From positions 46,740-110,739 of IMG/VR virus record IMGVR_UViG_3300030099_005086: a stretch of 64,000 nt of DNA; one strand, written 5' to 3'. Below the pieces are notes generated by a model. It was not told the origin of the DNA, made no database searches, and worked only from the letters and a program-made list of their open reading frames with translations. Positions 1 to 10,100 of the stretch are shown in pieces; position 1 is the first letter of the stretch, and every line of letters begins with the position of its first letter. The stretch comes from a virus. Made by a program: the position numbers and the translations under genes.

Positions 1-1834
1 TCTCTTCATCAGGATTAAAACCTTGTGGTTGTATAGGTAGATTACTTAATGCTTGACCATAAGGACTATCAGCATTTCTTTGCATATCATTATAGATATT
101 ATATGTTGTTTGATACCTACCTACTGCATCACTACCTTGTGCAACTGCAGTAGCAGGATCTAAACCTTCTGCTTCATATGCAGCTTTTGTTAAATCATCA
201 AAATTAAACTCTCCTCTACTTGAGTTTAAATTCTTTTGTATTTCTGGATCTGCAAGATACTCTTCATAAGATGAATGTTTATCTGCATTATAGCCAGGTA
301 ATTTATCTAAATGTTTTTCTATAACTTTTAACTGTCTGTTAAATCCAAAGAATTCATCTGCCCATTTATCAAAACTAGTATATGTATCTTTTATCTTTGT
401 TTTTTCAAGATTTTCTTTAGAAATCCAACTTGGTAAAGCATTAGGATCAAGATTTATAGTATTATTATACATTTCTTCAAATGCATCTCTATACTCATCT
501 TTAAAATTATCTAGTGTTAAACTACCATTAGGATCTTTAAGAATTAATTTTCTCATTATATCTGGATCAGAACTTTCTGTTCTTTTCGTAGATCCTTCAA
601 CAACTTCTCTATCTACCTCACTTGAACCTTCATCACCTTGAAATATAGGTAACCCATTTTCCATAGTCATTTGCATACCAGGATATGAACCACCCATCTC
701 TACACCAAATCTACCAAATGTTGCAGGATTAGTTTGTTGTAACTCTGTTATAGAATCTTCAGCTTTATCACCAGGATTTAAATACTCACTTGCTTTATCA
801 TATATAAACTTTCCTATTTTAAAAGTTTTTGCAATTTTACCAGGTGCAAACATTTCAGGTGCTTCTAATCTATTTGTTCTTAAACTTGCTTCATACATAG
901 AAGGACTAAATGCATAATTAGCTTTTTCAAATGGACTAAGACTACCATAACTAGGACCTATTGGTGCAACGTCTCCAAGGTTTCCTTTATCTTCAGCATT
1001 TCCATCTTGTGCCATGTTCATCATACCTTGTGCCATACCCATCATAGGATTTTGACCTTGTGTTGCTTGTTGTGCTGCAACCATTTGTTGTGGCATTTGT
1101 TGTGCTTGTTGCATGAACTCACGCATTGCTAAGACTTGCTCTCTTTGATCAGCTGGTAATTGATCAATCATTTTAAGTTCAGCTTGTTGTCTATTAAGAT
1201 CTTCTACTTTCATAGAAAACTCAATAGGATCTATATCTTGTGAAACTAAATAAGGATATGATGCTAAAGGTACACCTTCTTCAAAGTCTTTCTTTCTTTC
1301 TTGTATAAATGCTAATTGAGATAACTTCATTTTATTTTTCTGAAGCATCAAGTCTGCAGTTTTTTCTGTAATAGGATCAAAAAAGTTTTCATCTAATAAA
1401 CCTATATATTTATTTAATTGATATTTTTTAGATACAGCAGCTGGAGTCATTTTCTTTTTAGAGTTAATACCAAGTTCAGCTAACTCACTTGTATTTAATC
1501 TCATTTTAGCAGTATCAGAATAAATAAATGATTGTTCTGGTAAACTTAAAGGAGTACCACCTTCAGTATGTCTTTTACCACTAATATTATATAACTCCAT
1601 TGAGTTATCATTATTAAGATCAGTTAATACTGTTTCTCCTTTCTCAGCTTCAAGATTAGCCATATCACGTGGAACAGGACCAATAGTATTTTTAGTTACA
1701 GAAGTTTGAACAGGCATTTGCATTCCACCCATACCAGGCATATAATTAGATCCACCATGATAAAATGCTTTTACAACTTTACCATCTCTTATCATATATC
1801 CTTCTGGTAATTTATTTATTTTAATCTTAGCCAT
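1..1834 (-). CDS. Virion cargo/ejection protein, partial (C-terminus runs off the window start); missing from the ORF track
   Basis: ATG at 1834-1832. Segments translated by hand are in one frame reaching the window edge: MAKIKINKLPEGYMIRDGKVVKAFYHGG...ANLEAEKGETV...ISGKRHTEGGTPL. The E.E.GE / G..H..GG signature is typical of Bacteroidota-phage cargo and tape-measure-like proteins. Includes a Q/M-rich stretch near 1000-1130. Confidence 0.7.
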   Translation of the reverse strand, partial: MAKIKINKLPEGYMIRDGKVVKAFYHGGSNYMPGMGGMQMPVQTSVTKNTIGPVPRDMANLEAEKGETVLTDLNNDNSMELYNISGKRHTEGGTPLSLPEQSFIYSDTAKMRLNTSELAELGINSKKKMTPAAVSKKYQLNKYIGLLDENFFDPITEKTADLMLQKNKMKLSQLAFIQERKKDFEEGVPLASYPYLVSQDIDPIEFSMKVEDLNRQQAELKMIDQLPADQREQVLAMREFMQQAQQMPQQMVAAQQATQGQNPMMGMAQGMMNMAQDGNAEDKGNLGDVAPIGPSYGSLSPFEKANYAFSPSMYEASLRTNRLEAPEMFAPGKIAKTFKIGKFIYDKASEYLNPGDKAEDSITELQQTNPATFGRFGVEMGGSYPGMQMTMENGLPIFQGDEGSSEVDREVVEGSTKRTESSDPDIMRKLILKDPNGSLTLDNFKDEYRDAFEEMYNNTINLDPNALPSWISKENLEKTKIKDTYTSFDKWADEFFGFNRQLKVIEKHLDKLPGYNADKHSSYEEYLADPEIQKNLNSSRGEFNFDDLTKAAYEAEGLDPATAVAQGSDAVGRYQTTYNIYNDMQRNADSPYGQALSNLPIQPQGFNPDEE

Positions 1835-1836
1835 AA

Positions 1837-4800
1837 TTATAATATTTCTATGTCAGCACCAGCTTTCATTAATTCTTCTAACATTGCTTCATCTATATCT
1901 ACAACATCACCACCATCTTCAAATGTAACAGATGCACCTATTGTAGGTATCATACTTTTTGATGAAGGATTATACTGAGCATCTGTAAATAATCTTAAAT
2001 CAGTATTATCTATTGGTATTCTTGTTTGTGCACCTAACCCTAAGTTAAGACCTGAAGAATCACCATCTCCAAATTTATAACTAGCAGAAGGTATAAAACT
2101 AAATTGTGACCCCCTTCTACCCATATCAAATCCTAAGTTACCTCTTACTCCAACTGAACCTCTAGCATGTAGCTCAGGATCTTCTTTAAGATTAGGATTT
2201 AAATCAACACCAAGTTTGCCTTTTGCAAAAAGATCTGCACTTATTCTACCTGATCTATTAAATGCATCTAATAAATTCAAATTTGCATCAGCACCTACAA
2301 ATGGTATTAATGAATCTGAATCTTTTGTTACACCTAGTCTACTCATTATAGAACCCATGTCAGTGCTTGCTACTTTATTTCTTTGTTGTAATGTAAACTC
2401 ATTATCTCCATCTTTGTTTTTTACATTAAAACCTATTTGTTTTCTTTGTCTATATCTACAATCACGTGGATTAGCTGCACAATATGCTTCTTGCTCTTCT
2501 GCACTCATACTTTCAAAACCTTCATCAGCAATTCTTTGATCTGTAGTTATAGTAGGCATTTGTGATTTCATAAGCTCTTGTGTTGCAAGATCAATAAGTG
2601 AGCCTTGATTAAAAGTATTATAATAAGACTTATTGTAAGACTGTTTAGGATACTTAGATGTATAATCACCCATACTAAAGTTAGTATCACCAACATCTAA
2701 TTTTGTTGCTTGTTGTGCAAACATATCCATTATTGAGTTTGATTCAGTACCATCTTGTGCCATTTTACTTATTGTTTTATCATCAGTTCTAAATAAACCA
2801 GTATTAACATCATAATCACCACGGTCATCTGCAAATGTACTACCAAATATATTTTGAGCATCTGCTAATTGTAATTCTGACTCAGCATCTGCTCTATCTC
2901 TTTGTCTTTGTTCTAATAATTTATTTAAAACTTTTGCACCTTCTACAGCAACTTTAGATCCTTTTTCAAAATTTTGAAAACCTTTACTGTCTCTAAACTG
3001 ATTAAATCTATTATATATTTGATCACCTAATGTATCACCATAAGATGTTTCAACTGTAGCTTGTGGTTCTTCTACAGATGGTTCTTCTACATCCTCTTCA
3101 GATTCAAACATTGACATATCCATTTCAGGTGGACCCATTTGTGCACTTTCAACAACACTTACTCCTGTACCAGTACCTGCATCTACATCTATAGTATCTG
3201 GAATACCGTCACCATCTCTATCATTTTTACCAAAAGTTGGATCAAAAAATTCAAACTCAGTACCACCTTGAGCTTTAGCTAATTGTGTATTAGATGGAGT
3301 ATTACCATATACAATTTTAAATTTATCTCCTTTTTTAAGAAGCATCATAAAATCATATTCTTTTTTATCTGATGTAACTTTAGTACCAATCTTATCAAAA
3401 CCTCTTCTTTTATATCTTAATGGTAATGATCCAGATTCATCCATTAACTTTAATTCTCTTGGAGTTAAAAATGCAGTTTCTTCTGTTATAACGTCTTCAC
3501 CACCTCCTTGCATTTCTACCATATCTGCAAAATTCATAGGCATATAATCTGTCATCATATCAGAATACATTATACCACCTCCAACTTTTTTCTTTAACTC
3601 TTTTGTAAAAAAATCTTTACCAGTTAAAAATCCACCATACCTAATATTTTCAAGTTCTTCTTCAGTAGCTATTCTTGTTCTTTGTTGAATATCCGTAGGA
3701 TTACTTCTATCATAAGGATTAACTGCTAAATCTGGTTTATCACCTGTACCAACATTATATATTGTAGCTGATACTTTACTAGGATCTTCATTTTTTATAC
3801 CTATATATTGTGCACCAGGTTGAGCTGATTCTGCTATATCACCAGGTAAAAGAGCACCTGTCTCTGAATCATAATAAGTATTACCTTGTTCATCTACAGT
3901 AACTGGAGAAAATAAATTAGGAGCCATTTGACTTCTTTGTTTATAAAAATCTCTTTTTAAAACATTCTCAGTTTGTTGTCTATTTAAAAGTTGTTTATTA
4001 TCAAAAGGATTAATATACATAGTTTCGTCCGTAGGATTACTATATGTAGTCTTTTGATATTTTTCAGGACTGTTATCTTGAATATAACTTGATGGATTAA
4101 ATTCTTTAATAACATTCTGTGCAAAGTTTGCTACATCAAGCAAAGGACTATCCAATCCTTCATATATATTAGTAAATGCAGGACCTTCATCATTTACATT
4201 TATATCATATGCTCCTGATTCTTTTAGTTTAGAAATAGCTTCTTCTCTACTCATACCAGTAGACATAAACAATTGTATTGCTTGATCTCTTTGTTGTCTT
4301 TTACTAGGATCTACATTTTGTGTTACATCTTCAGAAACATTTTGATTAGATGTATTATCTGTAGTATTATCTACTGTATTATCTGTTGTTGCATCTTCTG
4401 AAGCATCATCTGAAGTATCATTAGATTGTGCAGGTGGAACAAAACTAGTACCATTCCATACAAAGTTACCTTGTTCACCTTCTTTTTGCATTTGAGTAAA
4501 ACCAATTCTAGCATAATAAGCATTTATAGTTTCACCTTCATTTGGTGGTTCATTACCAACATTAGTATTAAGGTTTATACTTTCACCAGCATCTTGATAT
4601 TTTATTAAACTTCCACCATCTTCAAATTCAGGAAAAGTAAAATTATCTAATGCTTTTTTATAGTCAGTATTAAATTTTTCTATATCATAAACAGAATCAC
4701 TTTCTTTATTAAAGTTTTTATTTACATCTAAATTTAATATTTTATAAACATAGTTTCTACTTTCTTCAGGTACTCTTGCATCCTCTAACCAATCAAGATT

Positions 4801-5346
4801 ATTATATATATCAGTATCATCTTTAATTGTTTCTAAAAGTTTTTTAGTATTACCTACACCATAATTATAACCTATTAATGCTTTAGCTAATTGAACTTCT
4901 GATGTACCTTTTGCTAAATATGGTCTATCTTGTATCCAATCAAAATATTTTTTTGCTGCAGGAATAGCTTGATTAGCATCAAATACATCAAAACTTTTAT
5001 CAGTAAAACCTAATCTTCTTAACTCTCCTAATGTATCAGGCATAAATTGTGCTATACCTTTTGCACCTACCTTAGATTTAGCTTTAGGATTAAAGTTTGA
5101 TTCAGCATATATTAATCTTTTAAATATCTCATTTGGATCATATTGTGTAGATTCTTCAACTAAAGGTTTATTATCAAGCATAAATCCTTTTGTTTTATCT
5201 ATAGAAAGTTCTTTACCTGTTTGTGCACAAGAAGAAGGACAGTACATACTAGGTTGATAGACATAACCACCACCTACAGGAAATATAAAGTTATCTCCTC
5301 CATGTTTATAAACTTCTAAAGTTTTGTTATTTGATTTCAAATTCAT
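1837..5346 (-). CDS. Modular virion cargo protein with an N-terminal SLT lytic transglycosylase domain
   Basis: SLT motifs AESNFNPKAKS, GAKGIAQFMP, YNYGVGN and ESRNYV. Also a DRDGDGIPD Ca-binding-like loop and C-terminal amphipathic beta-strands. Lies in the cargo cluster downstream of the muzzle gene. Confidence 0.8.
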   Translation of the reverse strand: MNLKSNNKTLEVYKHGGDNFIFPVGGGYVYQPSMYCPSSCAQTGKELSIDKTKGFMLDNKPLVEESTQYDPNEIFKRLIYAESNFNPKAKSKVGAKGIAQFMPDTLGELRRLGFTDKSFDVFDANQAIPAAKKYFDWIQDRPYLAKGTSEVQLAKALIGYNYGVGNTKKLLETIKDDTDIYNNLDWLEDARVPEESRNYVYKILNLDVNKNFNKESDSVYDIEKFNTDYKKALDNFTFPEFEDGGSLIKYQDAGESINLNTNVGNEPPNEGETINAYYARIGFTQMQKEGEQGNFVWNGTSFVPPAQSNDTSDDASEDATTDNTVDNTTDNTSNQNVSEDVTQNVDPSKRQQRDQAIQLFMSTGMSREEAISKLKESGAYDINVNDEGPAFTNIYEGLDSPLLDVANFAQNVIKEFNPSSYIQDNSPEKYQKTTYSNPTDETMYINPFDNKQLLNRQQTENVLKRDFYKQRSQMAPNLFSPVTVDEQGNTYYDSETGALLPGDIAESAQPGAQYIGIKNEDPSKVSATIYNVGTGDKPDLAVNPYDRSNPTDIQQRTRIATEEELENIRYGGFLTGKDFFTKELKKKVGGGIMYSDMMTDYMPMNFADMVEMQGGGEDVITEETAFLTPRELKLMDESGSLPLRYKRRGFDKIGTKVTSDKKEYDFMMLLKKGDKFKIVYGNTPSNTQLAKAQGGTEFEFFDPTFGKNDRDGDGIPDTIDVDAGTGTGVSVVESAQMGPPEMDMSMFESEEDVEEPSVEEPQATVETSYGDTLGDQIYNRFNQFRDSKGFQNFEKGSKVAVEGAKVLNKLLEQRQRDRADAESELQLADAQNIFGSTFADDRGDYDVNTGLFRTDDKTISKMAQDGTESNSIMDMFAQQATKLDVGDTNFSMGDYTSKYPKQSYNKSYYNTFNQGSLIDLATQELMKSQMPTITTDQRIADEGFESMSAEEQEAYCAANPRDCRYRQRKQIGFNVKNKDGDNEFTLQQRNKVASTDMGSIMSRLGVTKDSDSLIPFVGADANLNLLDAFNRSGRISADLFAKGKLGVDLNPNLKEDPELHARGSVGVRGNLGFDMGRRGSQFSFIPSASYKFGDGDSSGLNLGLGAQTRIPIDNTDLRLFTDAQYNPSSKSMIPTIGASVTFEDGGDVVDIDEAMLEELMKAGADIEIL

Positions 5347-5365
5347 AATGTTTAGAGTACAATTA

Positions 5366-5377
5366 TAATATACTAAA
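5366..5377 (-). promoter_or_regulatory. Recurrent late-promoter-like motif TTTWGTATATTA (this copy)
   Basis: Same or near-identical motif upstream of minus-strand genes at 15877, 17126, 21468, 26631, 28080, 32945, 41590, 47281 and 55458. Confidence 0.7.
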
Positions 5378-5388
5378 TAAATATGAGA

Positions 5389-7113
5389 CTATCTAATATA
5401 TCCTAGTTCTTTAAGATATTGTTTACCTGCACTAGATATATTCTCTCCTCCTTTAAATTTCTTAATTAGTTCTAAAGTTTTTTGATTTTTATTTTTTCTT
5501 AATTCAACACCAACTTTTTTCTCAGCTAATTTGTTATCTACTTTTCTAAATATTTGAAATGGTGGTTTTTCTTTACCTTGCTCATCCTTATAAATGTTAG
5601 TTTTAGTTAAAGGATTATTTTCATCAGGATCACTAATGTACATTTCATCTCCTACATATACACCTATGTGAAAAGGATAATCACCCATTGCTTCTATCTC
5701 AATATCATTAAAAAGTGTTTCTACAGTAAAAGCATCTCTAGCTGGAAAATAATATTGTAATATATCTCCTCTTTGTAAATCATTAGGATCTTCTATAAGT
5801 TCATATCCATAACTCTTATAATTTTCAAAAAAGGTTCTATTATCATATACATCATCAGGAATGTTTGATTCTATATCAGCTTCTTTATATATATCCTTAA
5901 CAGCTTGAACACAAGTATTATCAAAGTAACAATTTGTTGCAGGAAATAATGTACTAATCAGTCTTTCTTTTTTACCAGCAGGACCTCTAGTTATATCAGT
6001 TTTTTCTTCATATAATTTTTCTGCAGCATCAGCAATTTGTTCACCAGTAAAATTTGTGTTAATTCTCCTATCTGTAGGTAAACCATCATAAAACTTTTTT
6101 AAATCTTCATTAGCACCTGGATACATTTCAGGTACACCAGTTACTCTAAGTGTGTTAACATACTCAATAACTTCTGGATTTGTTACTTTACCTTCAACTA
6201 TATCTTGTTCTAATTTTGAAGCATCTGCATAACTATTAAGTATTTCCATTGCTTCATTAGACATTTGATTTGTTGAGTCACCTCCAAATTGTTTTATAGA
6301 ACCCTTTGGATTTTTTAAATATACATTCTCTAAAGCATCTGCATCAGTTTGCACATATCCATCTGGCATAAGATTATTATCTGAAAGAAAAGTTAATATA
6401 TTAGTTTTCTTCTCAGGACTCATATCTGTTGAACCTATAACTGATCCAATAAGATTATTAATTACATCTTCTCCACTTTCTTGTAGAGCTGCTAAGATAG
6501 GTCTATTATCTTCAAGCAATGTAGTAGCTTCATGACCTATTCCAAGAAGATTTGAACCAAGAAATCCTGCAAGTTTATCTACTCCTATTTTATCTAGAAA
6601 TCCACCTACTTTAGGAATATCTTTTATTTTATTTTGTATTTCTTCAGCAGCAAATCTACCTGCCATAGAATGTCTTAAATTATCAATATTTGCTAATTGC
6701 TCTTCACTATCAGAAAAATCTTTTGCTCTTTGACCTGGATTATTTAAATAAGTACCAATGTTATCTTGTAAATCTAATAACTTTTCAGATAAATATGATA
6801 TAGTATTTTCTTCTTCAGATAACTCTTCACCAACTTGTGCCATTGGTATTTCAAAAACCATATTACCTGGAAAAATATAATCAGCACCTGGCATCATTAT
6901 TTTACTATTACCTAAATTATCTATACCTAATACAGAGAAATCAACATCTTCCATAGTTATATTACCAGTAGGTATAATATTAAAATCATTATTTACATCA
7001 GGACTATCAGACTTATATCCTTGCATGCTTATAGAACCTTCTATTATGCTTACCTGTTCATTTGGTCCACCTGGTAAACCTTTACGCGTCTTTTTGTAAA
7101 ATGATTTTTTCAT
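5389..7113 (-). CDS. Modular virion protein with a C-terminal NlpC/P60-like peptidoglycan peptidase
   Basis: NTCVQAVKDIY (Cys), DLQRGDIL and FHIGVYVGD (His) match the NlpC/P60 pattern. The middle module has a D..RH...G..HE...D..NN..G pattern. Confidence 0.65.
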   Translation of the reverse strand: MKKSFYKKTRKGLPGGPNEQVSIIEGSISMQGYKSDSPDVNNDFNIIPTGNITMEDVDFSVLGIDNLGNSKIMMPGADYIFPGNMVFEIPMAQVGEELSEEENTISYLSEKLLDLQDNIGTYLNNPGQRAKDFSDSEEQLANIDNLRHSMAGRFAAEEIQNKIKDIPKVGGFLDKIGVDKLAGFLGSNLLGIGHEATTLLEDNRPILAALQESGEDVINNLIGSVIGSTDMSPEKKTNILTFLSDNNLMPDGYVQTDADALENVYLKNPKGSIKQFGGDSTNQMSNEAMEILNSYADASKLEQDIVEGKVTNPEVIEYVNTLRVTGVPEMYPGANEDLKKFYDGLPTDRRINTNFTGEQIADAAEKLYEEKTDITRGPAGKKERLISTLFPATNCYFDNTCVQAVKDIYKEADIESNIPDDVYDNRTFFENYKSYGYELIEDPNDLQRGDILQYYFPARDAFTVETLFNDIEIEAMGDYPFHIGVYVGDEMYISDPDENNPLTKTNIYKDEQGKEKPPFQIFRKVDNKLAEKKVGVELRKNKNQKTLELIKKFKGGENISSAGKQYLKELGYIR

Positions 7114-10100
7114 TATCTAAATGATAAATTTAATTTAGTATTACTTATTTTTAATAACATCTTGGTATTACCTGAGCGAGTTCTTCTAAATATAATATTA
7201 TTTTGATAATGTCTAAACTTCTTATGCTCTAATTCAAGTTTATTATAATTTAAATTAACAGCATTAAGATCTTTAACATAACCGTTTAGTCTTGTTATAA
7301 ATATTGAATTTTCTGTATTTGTAAACTCACCTCTATCATTTGTAATATCCCAAAACTGATTAAATCTATACTTCTGTTCTTCTTTAGAATATAAAATTTG
7401 TATATCAGCAAGACCAATAATAGGATATGTAGTTAACAAAGGTGCATTATTTTTAGGAGATATATTAAGTTTTAATAAACCTGATACTTGCTCTGAGTTA
7501 TATATAATAGCTTCATCAAAATTAAAATCTAATCTATGGAATCTATCAGAACCATTAAATGGATCAGAAGGATGAAAGTTTTTATATACATATGATTCTA
7601 ATTCATACTCTATACTTCTAACTGTGTTTACATTAATACCTGTAGATTCTATCAAATCTATTTCCCATGGGTAGTCTTCATCATAAAAATTTACAAATAA
7701 ATCATTTCTATCATTATGTTTCCAAATACCTGTAGATAACCCTGCTTCTAGAGGTATAATATCACTTGGGTTATTAATATTTCTACATGCAGGTGTACCA
7801 TCTGCTAAAGATATTGGAGTATAACCTGGCGGACATTCCCAAATATCACCCTCTACTATACTAGGTGGTGCTATTCTATTACCTTCTTTTGTAGTTAAGA
7901 AATGATCAATACTATTAAATGTTAAATCAGGATGCCAATCATGGAATGATACCCAAGATTTAGTTTTAGGATCAAAACTTACAGTCCATGATACATCATC
8001 AAAATAAGTACTATCAGTTAAATCTATTGGTATAACTTGATCAACTTTTTCTGGATCTACTGTTTCTAAATATTCACATATATCATCACCACTTGGTAAT
8101 GTTATAAGTGTTCCACCTTCACCACAAACTAATTCAAAACTTTCAACTAATCTTTGACAGTCAGGACATTCTTCTGAAAAAGGTGGTGTAGTTACAGTAG
8201 CATATCCTGGTGGACAAACAAATCTTGCTGCATTTTGAAATGCTTGACCTGTATCACTTCTAAATATATCATTTAATTCTTCTAAATTATTAGAATCTAT
8301 TAACTCTTGTTCTGTATTATTAAATAGAGCACATGCAAAAGCACCAGGAGTGCTATTATCATTAGCAACAGCTCTAATCTTAGTACAACCTATAGGTAAA
8401 TTAATTCTATATATAAATGCTCTTTGATATGGAACACTATCATCACCATATTGCATTGTGTAATTAGAACATCCACCATCAGGACATATAGGCTCTAAGT
8501 TATTTTCAATATAACCAGCAGTACCAAACATTGTTCCTGCACCTGTAGCTCCATTTGGATCAACATTTACAACTGTATTAAAACCAGCACCATTAATATC
8601 TGTTGATAATGTAAAACTATTATCTCCAGCTAAAAGAACATATAAAGGTAAAGTTCCTGGAAAATTAGGATCTGAGTTAAAATTTGGTTCATTACCATCT
8701 ATAGTAACTGCAAAATTATATTGTAAAGAAGCAACTGAATTTCCTAAATTATCAAAAGCCCATACAGATAACTGATTTACAACACCAGTTTGACCACCAG
8801 GTGCAGGCATATCAACCCACCATCCATTTCCATATCCTGATGGTGATGCAGTACATGATTGATGATTAGTATTATTAGCACCATTAATCATTTTTACATC
8901 CTGAATATTTGTAGAAACATTACCTGCTGCATCAACAGGTACACCATTTCCATTATATCTATTAATAATTAATGGACAATCTTTTCCATATCTCCAAACT
9001 TGCTGTCTTTGTACTACAAGAGGATTACCTACTTGTTGAGCTAATACAACTTCCGTATCTAATACTTGTACACTAAATGCTTCATCTTGAAAAGTTCTCT
9101 CACAAAGACCTGTTGCATTATTAAAAGTAAATCCATCAGGACATTCACTTATTTGTGCTGCTCCTTCACATTCTGTTATATTATATACAAAACCTAACTC
9201 AGGATCAAATTCAATACATTCTTTAAGTTCTGATTTAGGTATATAATCTTTTTTACAGAAATAAACAATATCATTATTAATATCATAAACTGTTTGACAA
9301 CCTGCAGCATTAACTGGATTATCACTATACTCTGGATAATCTTCTATACCAGGAAATGATTGTAATAATTTAGATGGTAAATATTTATTAAACCAGTTCT
9401 TCATTCCAAAGTTTGCAATATTAACTAAACTTCTACCATCATATTGGAATATCTTACCTTGCTCTTGTGATATATAGAATACACCACTAGGAGTATTAAG
9501 AACACTTCTTGAGCTTTCACAAGATCCATATTCATGTGATACATCAGAGTTAACAACGTTCTTTAAGTTTTTCATATTAAATAACTCTCCATCACCAAGT
9601 GTTATCTTTGTACCTAAATCAGTTGTAACTAAATCAACACCTCTAAACTGCATTGGTGATAATCTAGGGAATAAAATTAATGCACCATATTCAGAAATAG
9701 GTTTGATAGTATTTACTCTATCTTTAAAGTCATTATAGTTTAATGGTAAGAAAACTCTCCAGAAATCTCTTTTAGATTCTTTCTGTGCTTGTAAAGAATA
9801 GATAAGTCTTTTAGGATAATATGTATAACAAGTTTCTGCTACTTCAGGATTATAATCACGTGGTTGTATTTCACCAAAAGAAATTAGTTTAGTAAAGAAT
9901 CTGTCAATACTTAATGATGGATCATACTTATAAAAGTTACCCATCTTTATTATGTCAGCATGAAATAATTGTTTTACATCTGTATATGTAGCATAATCAT
10001 AAAATCTTTTTTCTGGCGGATCTTCAAAGTCTCTAAAATCAAGATTCATACTAGACTCTACAAAAAAATCATTTATACCACTACAGTGTGTATACATGTA

